IMG/VR virus record: IMGVR_UViG_3300027892_002924
Location: 1 to 58,038 of that record
Direction: 5' to 3' (one strand)
Origin: a virus
Lineage: Duplodnaviria > Caudoviricetes
DNA: 58,038 nucleotides
Under the pieces are notes generated by a model, which worked only from the letters and a program-made list of their open reading frames with translations, was not told the origin of the DNA and did not search any database. Numbering within the stretch: the stretch's first letter is position 1; each line of letters starts with the position of its first letter. Shown here piece by piece: positions 6,872-16,164 of the stretch. The translations under genes and the position numbers were made by a program.

Positions 6872-8928
6872 TTTTTTGCCTTTGCTCTGCCTGATTTCAT
6901 GTTGGCCATCCAGTGTGCTAATTGTCCTTTGCGGCCGCCCTGCTTGGCTACTTTTCTTAATGTACTTATGCTGGCCTTGGTTGGTACGCCGTGGCGCTTG
7001 CTGTCGCCTTTGTCCTGTGGGTTTCTGCCGTCGGCAAAGTTTTCCGCCATGCCTTGCTGCCCTAACAAAGATTGCACCCATGGAATGAACGTGTTTATGA
7101 TCCAGTCATTGTGCTGTTTGCTTTTGTCCAGTGTGCTAGAATCTGCCACGCGACCATTTATTGTCACAGGCTTGATACTGTTCACAGCATCCGTGATTTT
7201 CTTTTGCACAGCAGGATCAGCATCTTTGATCACAGTTTGCAAACGACCAGCGGCTTCACTTTGTCTACCCTGCATGGCCAACAATGCCACACGTTGCAAA
7301 TTGGCAAACACAGGATCACCTAGGTTGTTGAACATTTTGTTGATGCCATCGGCTTTGTTTTCCGCTACACCTTGCTTGGGAATCAACAATTCAGGCATGC
7401 GATACTCACTGACGTCCACTGGATACGGCTGTAGCGATGCTTTATATAATTCAGCATATTGTTCTTGTTCTTCAGGTGTCTTTGCTCTGTAAAACTTGTT
7501 GGCAATGGCCATATCGCCTACTAGAGTTCCTGGTGGAATGGAAATCTTTTTTGGCCCATAGTATTTTAATTTGTCAGAATCTTTGTTGGTCAAACTGTAA
7601 AAGGTTGATTCCCACTTATCCGGATGCAAGGCATATTGTGCAGTTGCTCTTTCTGGAACAAACTCTGCAAGTGTATCTGCGCCTGGATGAAATTTACCCA
7701 ACTTGGATAAACTTATAGCAGTATCATTACTTTCGCCTTCCGCCACATCTTGTTTTAATCTACTCAATTCGTAACGGACTATACTGCCAGTGTCGGCACG
7801 CAAGGCTCGATATCCCCAGGCACGTGAATAACGCTGTACCAGTCTATCGTACAACTTGGCACGGCTTTCAGGATTAAATTTCTCCACATTGTCTGCGTCC
7901 ATGTCAACTTCTTTGCTGGCCGAGAAACTTAGTTTCTGCGGTTTGTATTTTTTAATGTATTTTTGTATAGAATCCAGCACTGTGGCAAAGATTCTTTGAG
8001 CATCACCTTCACCCGTGACTTCTTGGCTGTTGTTTCTATAAAACTCAACTTGCACGACTTCTTCACCTTCGTCACCGTACTCCTGATTGAACATGATACT
8101 TAGATTTGACCCATCTGGCAGTTTGGCCAACATATCAATATCGCCATAATCACTTTTTTCTGATTTGGTCTTATAAGGTTGATCAAATGCCTCTTTCATT
8201 ATCCAGGTGTCGGGTATCTGTTTGTACTTGCTTACCCACATGTCGTGCAACTTTTGCCCGCTGATGCTGTGGCTCCTGGCGATGCGTGTCATCATCTTGT
8301 CAATGGTGTTGTAAACTTGATCATCGTCGGCTGACTGTAATTTGGCTTTGTGTGCTACCAATGCCGCACGTAATTCCTCCACAGCACCACCATCTTTGTC
8401 GTGATCCATGTTTTCGGCCAGTGTGGATTGATTGTAGGCTTGTTGTATCAACTTGAGTAACAAGGCGCCTAGCTCACCTTCAATGGTCATAGCACAGGCA
8501 TAAACTTGATCATCGGCGCCGTCGTCGCCTATTACTTCTTCTATGTAGTGCCAGAGTTCACTTTCTGCACGAATATTGGAAACAAGATCAGTAAGCGCAT
8601 CATTAAGTTCGTCTTCATCACTGATCACAGCAGGGTCGAGGCTCATGAGTATGTTACTGACTTGAGACATAACTTCTCGTGCAAGTAGGTGATTGGCCAG
8701 ATCAAAGATTTCTTGACTTCTTCTGAAAACGCTGGCATCAGCTCCTAGGTTGAAAGACAGTGTTTTAGCAAAAGGACCAGTATTGGCATCTAGATTACCC
8801 TGTATCATCTTGACCATGCTGGGTATGCGCTGTTGGAAAGTAACACGGCGTAGGTCTTTGCCCACGCGGTCACTTTGACCAAACATGTCTTCTTCGTCGT
8901 TCTCAACAATTACTTCTCTGATTTTCAT
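6868..8928 (-). CDS. modular putative internal head polyprotein
   Basis: Leader MKIREVIVE; unrelated segments joined by Q(G/D)(V/M)AE, TLAE and IMKE junctions. Confidence 0.75.
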   Translation of the reverse strand: MKIREVIVENDEEDMFGQSDRVGKDLRRVTFQQRIPSMVKMIQGNLDANTGPFAKTLSFNLGADASVFRRSQEIFDLANHLLAREVMSQVSNILMSLDPAVISDEDELNDALTDLVSNIRAESELWHYIEEVIGDDGADDQVYACAMTIEGELGALLLKLIQQAYNQSTLAENMDHDKDGGAVEELRAALVAHKAKLQSADDDQVYNTIDKMMTRIARSHSISGQKLHDMWVSKYKQIPDTWIMKEAFDQPYKTKSEKSDYGDIDMLAKLPDGSNLSIMFNQEYGDEGEEVVQVEFYRNNSQEVTGEGDAQRIFATVLDSIQKYIKKYKPQKLSFSASKEVDMDADNVEKFNPESRAKLYDRLVQRYSRAWGYRALRADTGSIVRYELSRLKQDVAEGESNDTAISLSKLGKFHPGADTLAEFVPERATAQYALHPDKWESTFYSLTNKDSDKLKYYGPKKISIPPGTLVGDMAIANKFYRAKTPEEQEQYAELYKASLQPYPVDVSEYRMPELLIPKQGVAENKADGINKMFNNLGDPVFANLQRVALLAMQGRQSEAAGRLQTVIKDADPAVQKKITDAVNSIKPVTINGRVADSSTLDKSKQHNDWIINTFIPWVQSLLGQQGMAENFADGRNPQDKGDSKRHGVPTKASISTLRKVAKQGGRKGQLAHWMANMKSGRAKAKK

Positions 8929-11054
8929 CGTAGTTGTTTCATTTCTGGTTGATCATGCTCTAGGCCAGGGCTTGCATCGTGACTATCTTCTTCTGGCCAG
9001 CAGTAGATGTATTGTCCTGCAAAGTCTTTTACCAGCATCCAGCGAATACCTGCGGCTGTGTACATGTGTGTTTGTGCCTTGTAGCCTGGCATCACTTGTT
9101 CAAAGTCAATGTCACCAGGACCACGATCATCGCCGTGCTTTTTAAGGAAGCCTGCCACTGCATTGACTTCTTGTGTGCTGTTAGGCCCTTGGCCACCTAG
9201 GTTAGCAACCACATGTATGCGCTTGGTTGGAGTCATGGTCAAGCTACCAAACAGGCTCTTGCCCAGCTGGCGAATCTGATCAGCCATGTTGCCCGGCAGG
9301 TTGGCCACTTGATGGAACTCTGGATTCTGTACGCCTGCGGCCTGCAGTGCTTGTCCTGCTACTGCTGGCAAGTTCTGTGTGTTTACATCCACAGAGGGTA
9401 GATTCTCGGGCGGCTCATCTGGATAGGCTTCTAGGTCTTTATCAAGCTCAATGTTTCTCATGCGGCCCAGCATGTCGCTCATGTCAGGTGTGCTGAGTCC
9501 TGAGGTCTTGCTCAAGGTGTCTTTCTGGCTGGCCTTGCGTAAATTTACTTTGGTATCATCGACGCCAGCTTTCTTTTTAAGATCGTCCAGTGGATCTGTG
9601 TGTGCCAGTGGCTGGTCTTGCGCCTGTTGGAAAGGAATATCAAACTTGAGATCAGGCTTGGTCTTGGTTGTGGTCTTGCGTGGACGCTCTGGTGGCTCTT
9701 CAAGTTCTGCATCAACTTCTTGTAACTTTTCCCATGAGTCATTTGTGCTGGTATCGCCCGATGGATCTGTGTTCCATGCATCACATACTTCTTCATATGC
9801 GCCAAATAGATCACCCATTTCATCATCATCAACACCATATTCGGCTTGCATTCGGTCATCATACTCGTCGAACCTTGAAGTAACTTGCAGTGCCTGTTTC
9901 AAAGTTAGCTTATGGCTCAAAGCAAATCCAGCTATGGCACGAAAATTATATCTGTTAGGATCCATACGGCTCCACTGGTATAGTGCCTGTGCTGTTTTTG
10001 GTGGTGTTTGAGTACCGCCAAACAGCTCATCATCTGACTCATCGTTGTTATCTGACTCGGTCACGTCCTGGTGTTGGTCCAACAGTGCGCTGATGCTGAT
10101 TCCAGTGTCTGCTTCTAGGTTGTCCTCAAAGTTTTCCCACCAGTCTGGCATATATTCATGCCAGGCTCTCAAGCCTGGCACCATGCCTTGTTTTTCAAAA
10201 ACATTGGCCACAAACCTCACGGCCTTGGCCTCTTCACGAATTTCTTCTAGGTCGTTTTCGTATTCTTGCCCATCCTCTGGGCTCAGTCCTGATATCTCTG
10301 CAGGATTATTGCGCATGGTGTTGGCAAAGTTCATGAGCCATTGTGCAATGCGACGATGTGCAGGATTGCCAAATAGTTCGTCATTATCTGACTCGCCTAG
10401 ATCCTCACCGTAAGCAAGTGCATAGAGATCAATGTCAAGTACCTCTTCGATTTGTTCTGCGGCATTTTCTCTAAGCATGGTATCTAGGCCTCTGAATGCA
10501 TCCAGGCCTGCTTCCATTCCTAGCTTAAATGCATTTGAGACTTCCTCAAATGAATTAGCATCGCTTTCTGTGCCGTCAGCGTATTCAGAATCTTGGTCGT
10601 CAGCACGTTGGTCGTCTGCTATGCCATACCATTCTCTAGCCATTTCAGCAAAAAATGTAGCCAGTTGCGTGGATTTGCGATCAGCAAATAGGTCATCGTC
10701 TGAATCATCTTCTTTGAGGCTCAGGAACTTTTTTATGTTCTGCATGCTAAGAGGTAATTTCTCAACACCGTCCTCATCGTAGAATAAGAAATCAAGATCT
10801 TCTTGTGTTGGCTCGTCGTCAAAGTATGTGAAGTCAGGAATAAAAGCAATCTGATTGTTTTTACGATCAACAATGACCAAGCCTTCTGTTCGATGCTCAC
10901 CGCCATAGCTAATGCCGCCGCCACCTATTTTATAACCTAGAGCACCTTCTTCTGGGAATTCAAATTTGTCTGCCAGCGTGGACACCAGATGATTGTCGCC
11001 AAATAAGTCACTGTCGCTCTGGTCATTTTCTCTAATAAATTCTGTACTTTTCAT
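8925..11054 (-). CDS. acidic modular putative internal head polyprotein
   Basis: Leader MKSTEFIRE; four [ILV]xE-acidic-LF(G/A) junctions. Confidence 0.75.
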   Translation of the reverse strand: MKSTEFIRENDQSDSDLFGDNHLVSTLADKFEFPEEGALGYKIGGGGISYGGEHRTEGLVIVDRKNNQIAFIPDFTYFDDEPTQEDLDFLFYDEDGVEKLPLSMQNIKKFLSLKEDDSDDDLFADRKSTQLATFFAEMAREWYGIADDQRADDQDSEYADGTESDANSFEEVSNAFKLGMEAGLDAFRGLDTMLRENAAEQIEEVLDIDLYALAYGEDLGESDNDELFGNPAHRRIAQWLMNFANTMRNNPAEISGLSPEDGQEYENDLEEIREEAKAVRFVANVFEKQGMVPGLRAWHEYMPDWWENFEDNLEADTGISISALLDQHQDVTESDNNDESDDELFGGTQTPPKTAQALYQWSRMDPNRYNFRAIAGFALSHKLTLKQALQVTSRFDEYDDRMQAEYGVDDDEMGDLFGAYEEVCDAWNTDPSGDTSTNDSWEKLQEVDAELEEPPERPRKTTTKTKPDLKFDIPFQQAQDQPLAHTDPLDDLKKKAGVDDTKVNLRKASQKDTLSKTSGLSTPDMSDMLGRMRNIELDKDLEAYPDEPPENLPSVDVNTQNLPAVAGQALQAAGVQNPEFHQVANLPGNMADQIRQLGKSLFGSLTMTPTKRIHVVANLGGQGPNSTQEVNAVAGFLKKHGDDRGPGDIDFEQVMPGYKAQTHMYTAAGIRWMLVKDFAGQYIYCWPEEDSHDASPGLEHDQPEMKQLR

Positions 11055-13165
11055 TATCTGTCACCCATGAATGTTTGTATTTCTTTTTGGAACCAATCTT
11101 GTTGTGCTACGTCTGGATCATTGCCAAACATATCCCACATCTCTACCATGTCCTGATGCCATTCACCGGAGTCAATAAGTGTTCCAAAATCATTTAGTCC
11201 ACTGAATCCTCCTGCATATTCGCGCAGAATAGCATCAACTACTATCGCTTTACCAAATGGTGTGCTGGTTGACCTACACACTAGATCAAATAATCTATTG
11301 GCATCTGGTTCCTCGCCTTGGGTAAGTTTTTCATATTCTGCTTTAATACGAGGATTGTTATAGGCTTGTTCTAGTTTGGCCAACATCTGCTTACCAAATT
11401 TATAGATCATGCGCTGTGCGGCAGAACCACTTACCCCAAACATCTCATCATCAGATTCTTCTTCGCCTAGTCGACTAGATCGATCCAGATGCAATACTAT
11501 GTCATCACCTTGTCCGTCTTCGGCGCCTGTGAGTTTTAGAACTCGCCAGTTAACCGCGCCACCGTCCTCGAGGTAGTGATTTATTATATCAACATCTTGC
11601 TCTGGATGATCACCATAAGAAAATCCAAGTGCCTGCAATTCGTCTTCGTCATACTCGTTGAAGAAATCGCCAAATCGTATGGTAGGTGATGCAAACAAGT
11701 CATCGTCGTCATTGCTTTCGTCGATCGGGTCATCAGTTATTGGAAAATGCGCTACAGGCACTCCACTGTCGTCGTTGTTCCAACGCTGTTTGTACACCGT
11801 GATGAAATCGTCTGTGCCGTACCCAGCTTCCGAGTACCCTGGAATTTGTTCTTTGGCATGTGCTATTGCTTCGCGTATGTCACCAAACATGCCAAGTACT
11901 TCGTTGTCGGGTGCCGAGACTACAAATACCTTTTGTTCACCATCACCAAACAAATCTTCGTCTGACTCTGCGTTTTCGTTAACGGTATCGTCGTGGTCAG
12001 CAACATCCACGCCCATGGCATCTTCGATGTAGTTGCGTAGATCATAGCGTATGTCGGTGTTGCTTAGTTTGTACTTGCTCCATACATGTATGCCGTGCAG
12101 GAAGCTTCGATTGAATCCTGCAATCACTGCCTCTACGAATTCTACTTCAAACTGTGCCAGTGGGCGTCGACTGCCTGTTTGTCTACGGCGCAGCCATAGT
12201 TCAAGATCCTGTGCAATTACTTTAGTGTCTGGTCTGGTGCTGGACCCAAACATGTCGTCATCGCTTTCGTCAATTGGATCATCGGTTATTGGAAACTCAG
12301 CTACAGGCACTCCGCTTTCCTCACCCCGATTGTGTTTATATACACTGATGAAATCGTCATCACCCCAGCCATCTTCTAGGTATGATGGAATTTGTTTTTT
12401 GGCATATGCTATTGCTTGGCGTATGTCACTGAACGTGTTAAGTATTTCGTCGTCGGGTGCCAAGACTACAAATACCTTTTCTCCGCCGGCGCCAAACAGT
12501 TCATCGTCTGACTCATCATTTTCAGTTACTTTATTGGCTATGAGATCATATACAGCATCGTTGATACCATCCAGCATTGCATCTTGCTTGTCTTTGCCTA
12601 TTGACTTCCAGTAATGAAGCAAGGGTTCCCCTCCTGGGGTCTTGCCCAGTGCAAATCCAACCATGAAAGGACTGGTGATCAGTCTTGCAGATTTGTCTGA
12701 ACGAACAATGGCTCTTGCAATAGATTGTGTTAGAGTAGCGGCACTAGGCGCAGAGCCAAACAGTTCATCGTCGTTTTCTTCTCGCAACAGATCAGAATAG
12801 GTAGGAGGCACAAGAACACTAAGCCAACCTGAGCCTGTGAACTTACACTCAAACCCTTGCCTCTCTAGTTCTGCTTTTATTTCCTGTGCCACTGGAAGAG
12901 GTTTTGGTGCACGATCCCCTGGGCCCTTTACATAGTCACCAAACCAGAAAGTTGCTCTGCCACGAGATGCACTTTTAGGTATGCTACTCACACGAGTTTT
13001 TATTCCAAACCCTGTCTTGGCCAACTCACGCACCCGGCTCACTGTGCGTAGATACGGATCTTCTATCTGTTTGATTGCCTGCTTGGCGCCGGTGGCCAGA
13101 TTACCCGGCGCACTAAACATGTCGTCATCGTTTTTAATGGCTTCTATTATCTCACGATAACGCAT
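11054..13165 (-). CDS. acidic modular putative internal head polyprotein with duplicated domain
   Basis: Start reset to MRYREIIE; seven [ILV]xE-acidic-(L/M)F(G/A/S) junctions. Confidence 0.75.
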   Translation of the reverse strand: MRYREIIEAIKNDDDMFSAPGNLATGAKQAIKQIEDPYLRTVSRVRELAKTGFGIKTRVSSIPKSASRGRATFWFGDYVKGPGDRAPKPLPVAQEIKAELERQGFECKFTGSGWLSVLVPPTYSDLLREENDDELFGSAPSAATLTQSIARAIVRSDKSARLITSPFMVGFALGKTPGGEPLLHYWKSIGKDKQDAMLDGINDAVYDLIANKVTENDESDDELFGAGGEKVFVVLAPDDEILNTFSDIRQAIAYAKKQIPSYLEDGWGDDDFISVYKHNRGEESGVPVAEFPITDDPIDESDDDMFGSSTRPDTKVIAQDLELWLRRRQTGSRRPLAQFEVEFVEAVIAGFNRSFLHGIHVWSKYKLSNTDIRYDLRNYIEDAMGVDVADHDDTVNENAESDEDLFGDGEQKVFVVSAPDNEVLGMFGDIREAIAHAKEQIPGYSEAGYGTDDFITVYKQRWNNDDSGVPVAHFPITDDPIDESNDDDDLFASPTIRFGDFFNEYDEDELQALGFSYGDHPEQDVDIINHYLEDGGAVNWRVLKLTGAEDGQGDDIVLHLDRSSRLGEEESDDEMFGVSGSAAQRMIYKFGKQMLAKLEQAYNNPRIKAEYEKLTQGEEPDANRLFDLVCRSTSTPFGKAIVVDAILREYAGGFSGLNDFGTLIDSGEWHQDMVEMWDMFGNDPDVAQQDWFQKEIQTFMGDR

Positions 13166-14450
13166 GACCCTGCTCCTGTAGTTTTGCTGTGTACAGCTTG
13201 GGTATCTGGCGCATGAGGAATCTAAACAGCGGGTCACGCATCACAAGATCCTGTATGTGTGGGATCGCATCTTTATGCATTCTTGATCTTGAATTTGTCA
13301 AGGCCGCTACCAATGCTTGTCCTGACTTGCTGGTTTCAACAGGTATATGCAGTGATTTGTCAGCACTGAGGATAGACTCAATCTTGTCTTCACTGCGTTC
13401 TAGTCCTGGCTCTGCAATTATCTGGCTCCAGATCCCACCTTTTGCATTCATAGCCGTTATACACTGTGCTAGATAATCTCTCATGCCCGCGGCAATTGAT
13501 TCTTGTTCAGACTGTGCTAGATCAATACCATATTCTTTCAAGCTCTTGAAACCAAACCCAATGATACGATCAGCATACTGGTCAACCATTGCTGTTGTTT
13601 GTTTTATAACTGTAGGAGTAAACTCTTTGACAATGCTCTTGTACTCTTCGCCTATTAGTGGCGCTACTGAATATTTCTCTGCAGGTAGTTGTAGGATCTT
13701 GGTCAGCTCAGGAAATCGTTTTACCAATTTGGCAATACCGCCTGCACCAATCTGCTGATCTTGTTCGTCCATGAACTGTTTGGTTTCAAAGTGGAACTGA
13801 TACTTTTCTCCAGGATACGCCTGCTGACGTGGAATAATAACATACAGTGGGCGATTGCCTTTGGTGTAGTAGTTAAACAGGTTGTTGTTCTTGCCTGCGG
13901 TACACCAACGAGTACCTTGCCCATAGTAGCAGGCGGCCTGCTCGTCCTGCGGGATAGTAACAATCAGATTGCTGTCACGATAGAGTTCTTGGGCGTTTTG
14001 TTTGACTTCTGGCTTGGCTTCTTCCTCTTCAGGGTATTCGTCTACCACATCATAAAAAGATTCTAGATCTCGATATCGGTTGAAGTCATTGCGTGGAGGC
14101 TGTATCTTTTTCTTGCGCTTGAGACGATCAAACTTGACCAGATAGTCAGCCAGTGTAGATACCACGTCTTCCATCTTGCTCAGTCCATTGCTATACATCT
14201 TGGCAATGCTCTGGCTGTATTCTTTGTTGGGTGTTGGGTCACCTTTTTCAATATACTGTAGTATCATATCTATCAACTGTTGTGGCTGTGTCTTGGCCAG
14301 TTCTTTAACAGTTGCGCCTTGTGGTAGTTCAGCTTGTATTTGCATGAGCAGCCAACGGTCTTGTCCCATTGCGGCAATCAGCTTGTTACCATAGGCATCT
14401 GCTGTTTTGTTGCGATCGTACTCTAGCAGTACTAATTGGTTGTATCTCAT
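13152..14450 (-). CDS. hypothetical protein with PcfJ-like domain
   Basis: ACYYGQGTRWCTAG..LFNYY..PLYVII..KYQFH; leader MRYNQLVLLE. Confidence 0.65.
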   Translation of the reverse strand: MRYNQLVLLEYDRNKTADAYGNKLIAAMGQDRWLLMQIQAELPQGATVKELAKTQPQQLIDMILQYIEKGDPTPNKEYSQSIAKMYSNGLSKMEDVVSTLADYLVKFDRLKRKKKIQPPRNDFNRYRDLESFYDVVDEYPEEEEAKPEVKQNAQELYRDSNLIVTIPQDEQAACYYGQGTRWCTAGKNNNLFNYYTKGNRPLYVIIPRQQAYPGEKYQFHFETKQFMDEQDQQIGAGGIAKLVKRFPELTKILQLPAEKYSVAPLIGEEYKSIVKEFTPTVIKQTTAMVDQYADRIIGFGFKSLKEYGIDLAQSEQESIAAGMRDYLAQCITAMNAKGGIWSQIIAEPGLERSEDKIESILSADKSLHIPVETSKSGQALVAALTNSRSRMHKDAIPHIQDLVMRDPLFRFLMRQIPKLYTAKLQEQGHALS

Positions 14451-16126
14451 TCAATGATCTCCGGATGTTCTTTGCCGTATAATTTCATCAGATACCCGGC
14501 TTCGGCATCTGCATCACGTTCTAGCGGGCTACCAGGAGGATTGTGTCCTTTGATACGACCTTCACTGCCCTGTTTGCGATGACGCAGTTCGTGTGCTATC
14601 GTGCGCAGTATGTCGATTAGATTGCGATTGCCAGTGTACACCCACATGGTATTGGTGTCTGCATTGTACCATCCGGTATGATGCATGTCTTCACTGTCTT
14701 TTTTGTTGGAAAGTTCTATATTAGGGCGTGGCGCATCAATGCGTTGTTTTTTGTATACCCAGTCGACAAAATGTTCAATGCGTTTCATTTGATCTGATTG
14801 ATCTATGTCTTCAGTGATTTCTTTGTCAGGCTGCACAGCAACAGGCATGCTTCGGTCCTGACTCTTCAACTGCTGTGGTTCATGCTCACGCTCTTTGCGT
14901 ATGATCTCAAAGCCACGCTTGAGTCCTTGTACCACAACATCCAGGCTGTCTTCGTCTGCCTGATACTTGATACCAATACCACCGGCTGCTTCCCACTTGG
15001 AGATGTTGTCGCCGCGGTCATCAATCAAGAAGTTAGGCGTGCCATCTGGTTGTGTGGCATACTTGGGTTTGTTGGGAGTGATAACAATGTCCTTGGGCTG
15101 TGGGCTTAGATGTTCGTTAATCCATACTGTCTTTTGTACTTCGCTGTTTTTAAAATCGCCACGCAGTGGACTAGAGCAGATGTTGTAGTGGCCAAACAGT
15201 TTGACCACCATGCCAACTAACGAGTCTGCTGTGGGAAACTTTGGTAGTCGCGCAAAGAAGTCTGTGCCTATCATCATGTTCAGTGTAGGATCTGTTTTGG
15301 CAGGAGGAATGTCTCTGTAGCTGCCGTTTTCGACTCCTGCCAGCTTGGCATACTCTGTAAAGAAGTCTGCCAGTACCCCATCCATATCTAGATACATCTC
15401 TGGTTTGTATTCTGTACGTGCGGCTTCACGCAGGCCTAGTCCTTGGTCTTCAAGATTGCCCATGTGCTTGCGCAGTTTTTCTAAACTGCCATCTGCACGA
15501 AGTATTTTGAATGCAAGATTCTCAGGGGAGAACTCTCCGCCCGACTCCAGTCCTGTTTTTCTCATGCTCTTGATAGAGGCCCACAACTGAGCCACACTGT
15601 CGTGATTGTCACTGACGATGGCCTGGTTGATACGATGTTTCACACTACGATACTTTTCTTGTACTTCAATGTCATCTACCTGCGCACGTTGGCGCTTGGG
15701 CTGGCTGATCCAGCGATCATGTTGTACGCTGTAGATACCCATGCTGTGGTGTGCATCTTCTGCGTCCTGTACATAGAGTTCGACATCGTACCCGCGGATA
15801 CGGATATTGTGTTGATCGTTGTACTGATACTTCTTGGCTGTGAATAATTCTTTTAGTTCTGCTTCGTGCTCATCTGGAATCATTACCACAAGATGTAGAT
15901 CAATGTCTGAATTGGGTGTGTAGGTATAGGCTGCATTACTGCCCGAAATTGTGATGTCCACAAGATCAAACATGTCAATGCCCAGGAAGTCTTTGAAGTG
16001 ACGAGCAATGCGCAGTAGAGTTTTACGAACTCGCGGCTGTAGCTTGTCCCCTTTCCATAGTGCAGGGTTCAGCTCATCGTGAAAATTCACAGCAAGATTT
16101 AGTTCTTCAAACTCGTTTAGGCGCAT
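14447..16126 (-). CDS. fusion of Pol-beta-type nucleotidyltransferase, HAD 5'(3')-nucleotidase and zincin-like domain
   Basis: GSNA..SDIDLH..DVELY; YLDMDGVLADF..LIDDR; AHELRH..ERDAD. Confidence 0.8.
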   Translation of the reverse strand: MRLNEFEELNLAVNFHDELNPALWKGDKLQPRVRKTLLRIARHFKDFLGIDMFDLVDITISGSNAAYTYTPNSDIDLHLVVMIPDEHEAELKELFTAKKYQYNDQHNIRIRGYDVELYVQDAEDAHHSMGIYSVQHDRWISQPKRQRAQVDDIEVQEKYRSVKHRINQAIVSDNHDSVAQLWASIKSMRKTGLESGGEFSPENLAFKILRADGSLEKLRKHMGNLEDQGLGLREAARTEYKPEMYLDMDGVLADFFTEYAKLAGVENGSYRDIPPAKTDPTLNMMIGTDFFARLPKFPTADSLVGMVVKLFGHYNICSSPLRGDFKNSEVQKTVWINEHLSPQPKDIVITPNKPKYATQPDGTPNFLIDDRGDNISKWEAAGGIGIKYQADEDSLDVVVQGLKRGFEIIRKEREHEPQQLKSQDRSMPVAVQPDKEITEDIDQSDQMKRIEHFVDWVYKKQRIDAPRPNIELSNKKDSEDMHHTGWYNADTNTMWVYTGNRNLIDILRTIAHELRHRKQGSEGRIKGHNPPGSPLERDADAEAGYLMKLYGKEHPEIIE

Positions 16127-16134
16127 AATATCTT

Positions 16135-16164
16135 AAAAAAATAGGAGACTATCAGTCTCCTATT
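16135..16164 (-). terminator. Rho-independent terminator after clpP
   Basis: AATAGGAGAC-TGATA-GTCTCCTATT then T run. Confidence 0.75.

Noticed and set aside
6872-7081. N-terminal extension of the 5282..7081 ORF, and similar extensions at 13237, 21293, 25863, 51833 and 56514
   Set aside because: They overlap neighbouring genes or regulatory regions; downstream starts have SD sites, coupling or leader motifs
8925-13165. Homology of the acidic-LF repeats to eukaryotic FAM21-type LFa motifs
   Set aside because: Short low-complexity resemblance only; the context is phage and each copy follows a [ILV]xE site
5039-15847. Long plus-strand ORFs such as 5039..5689, 6426..7088, 6899..7492, 9451..10011 and 12051..12614
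   Set aside because: Antisense shadows of minus-strand genes, Ser-rich, with no SD or motifs
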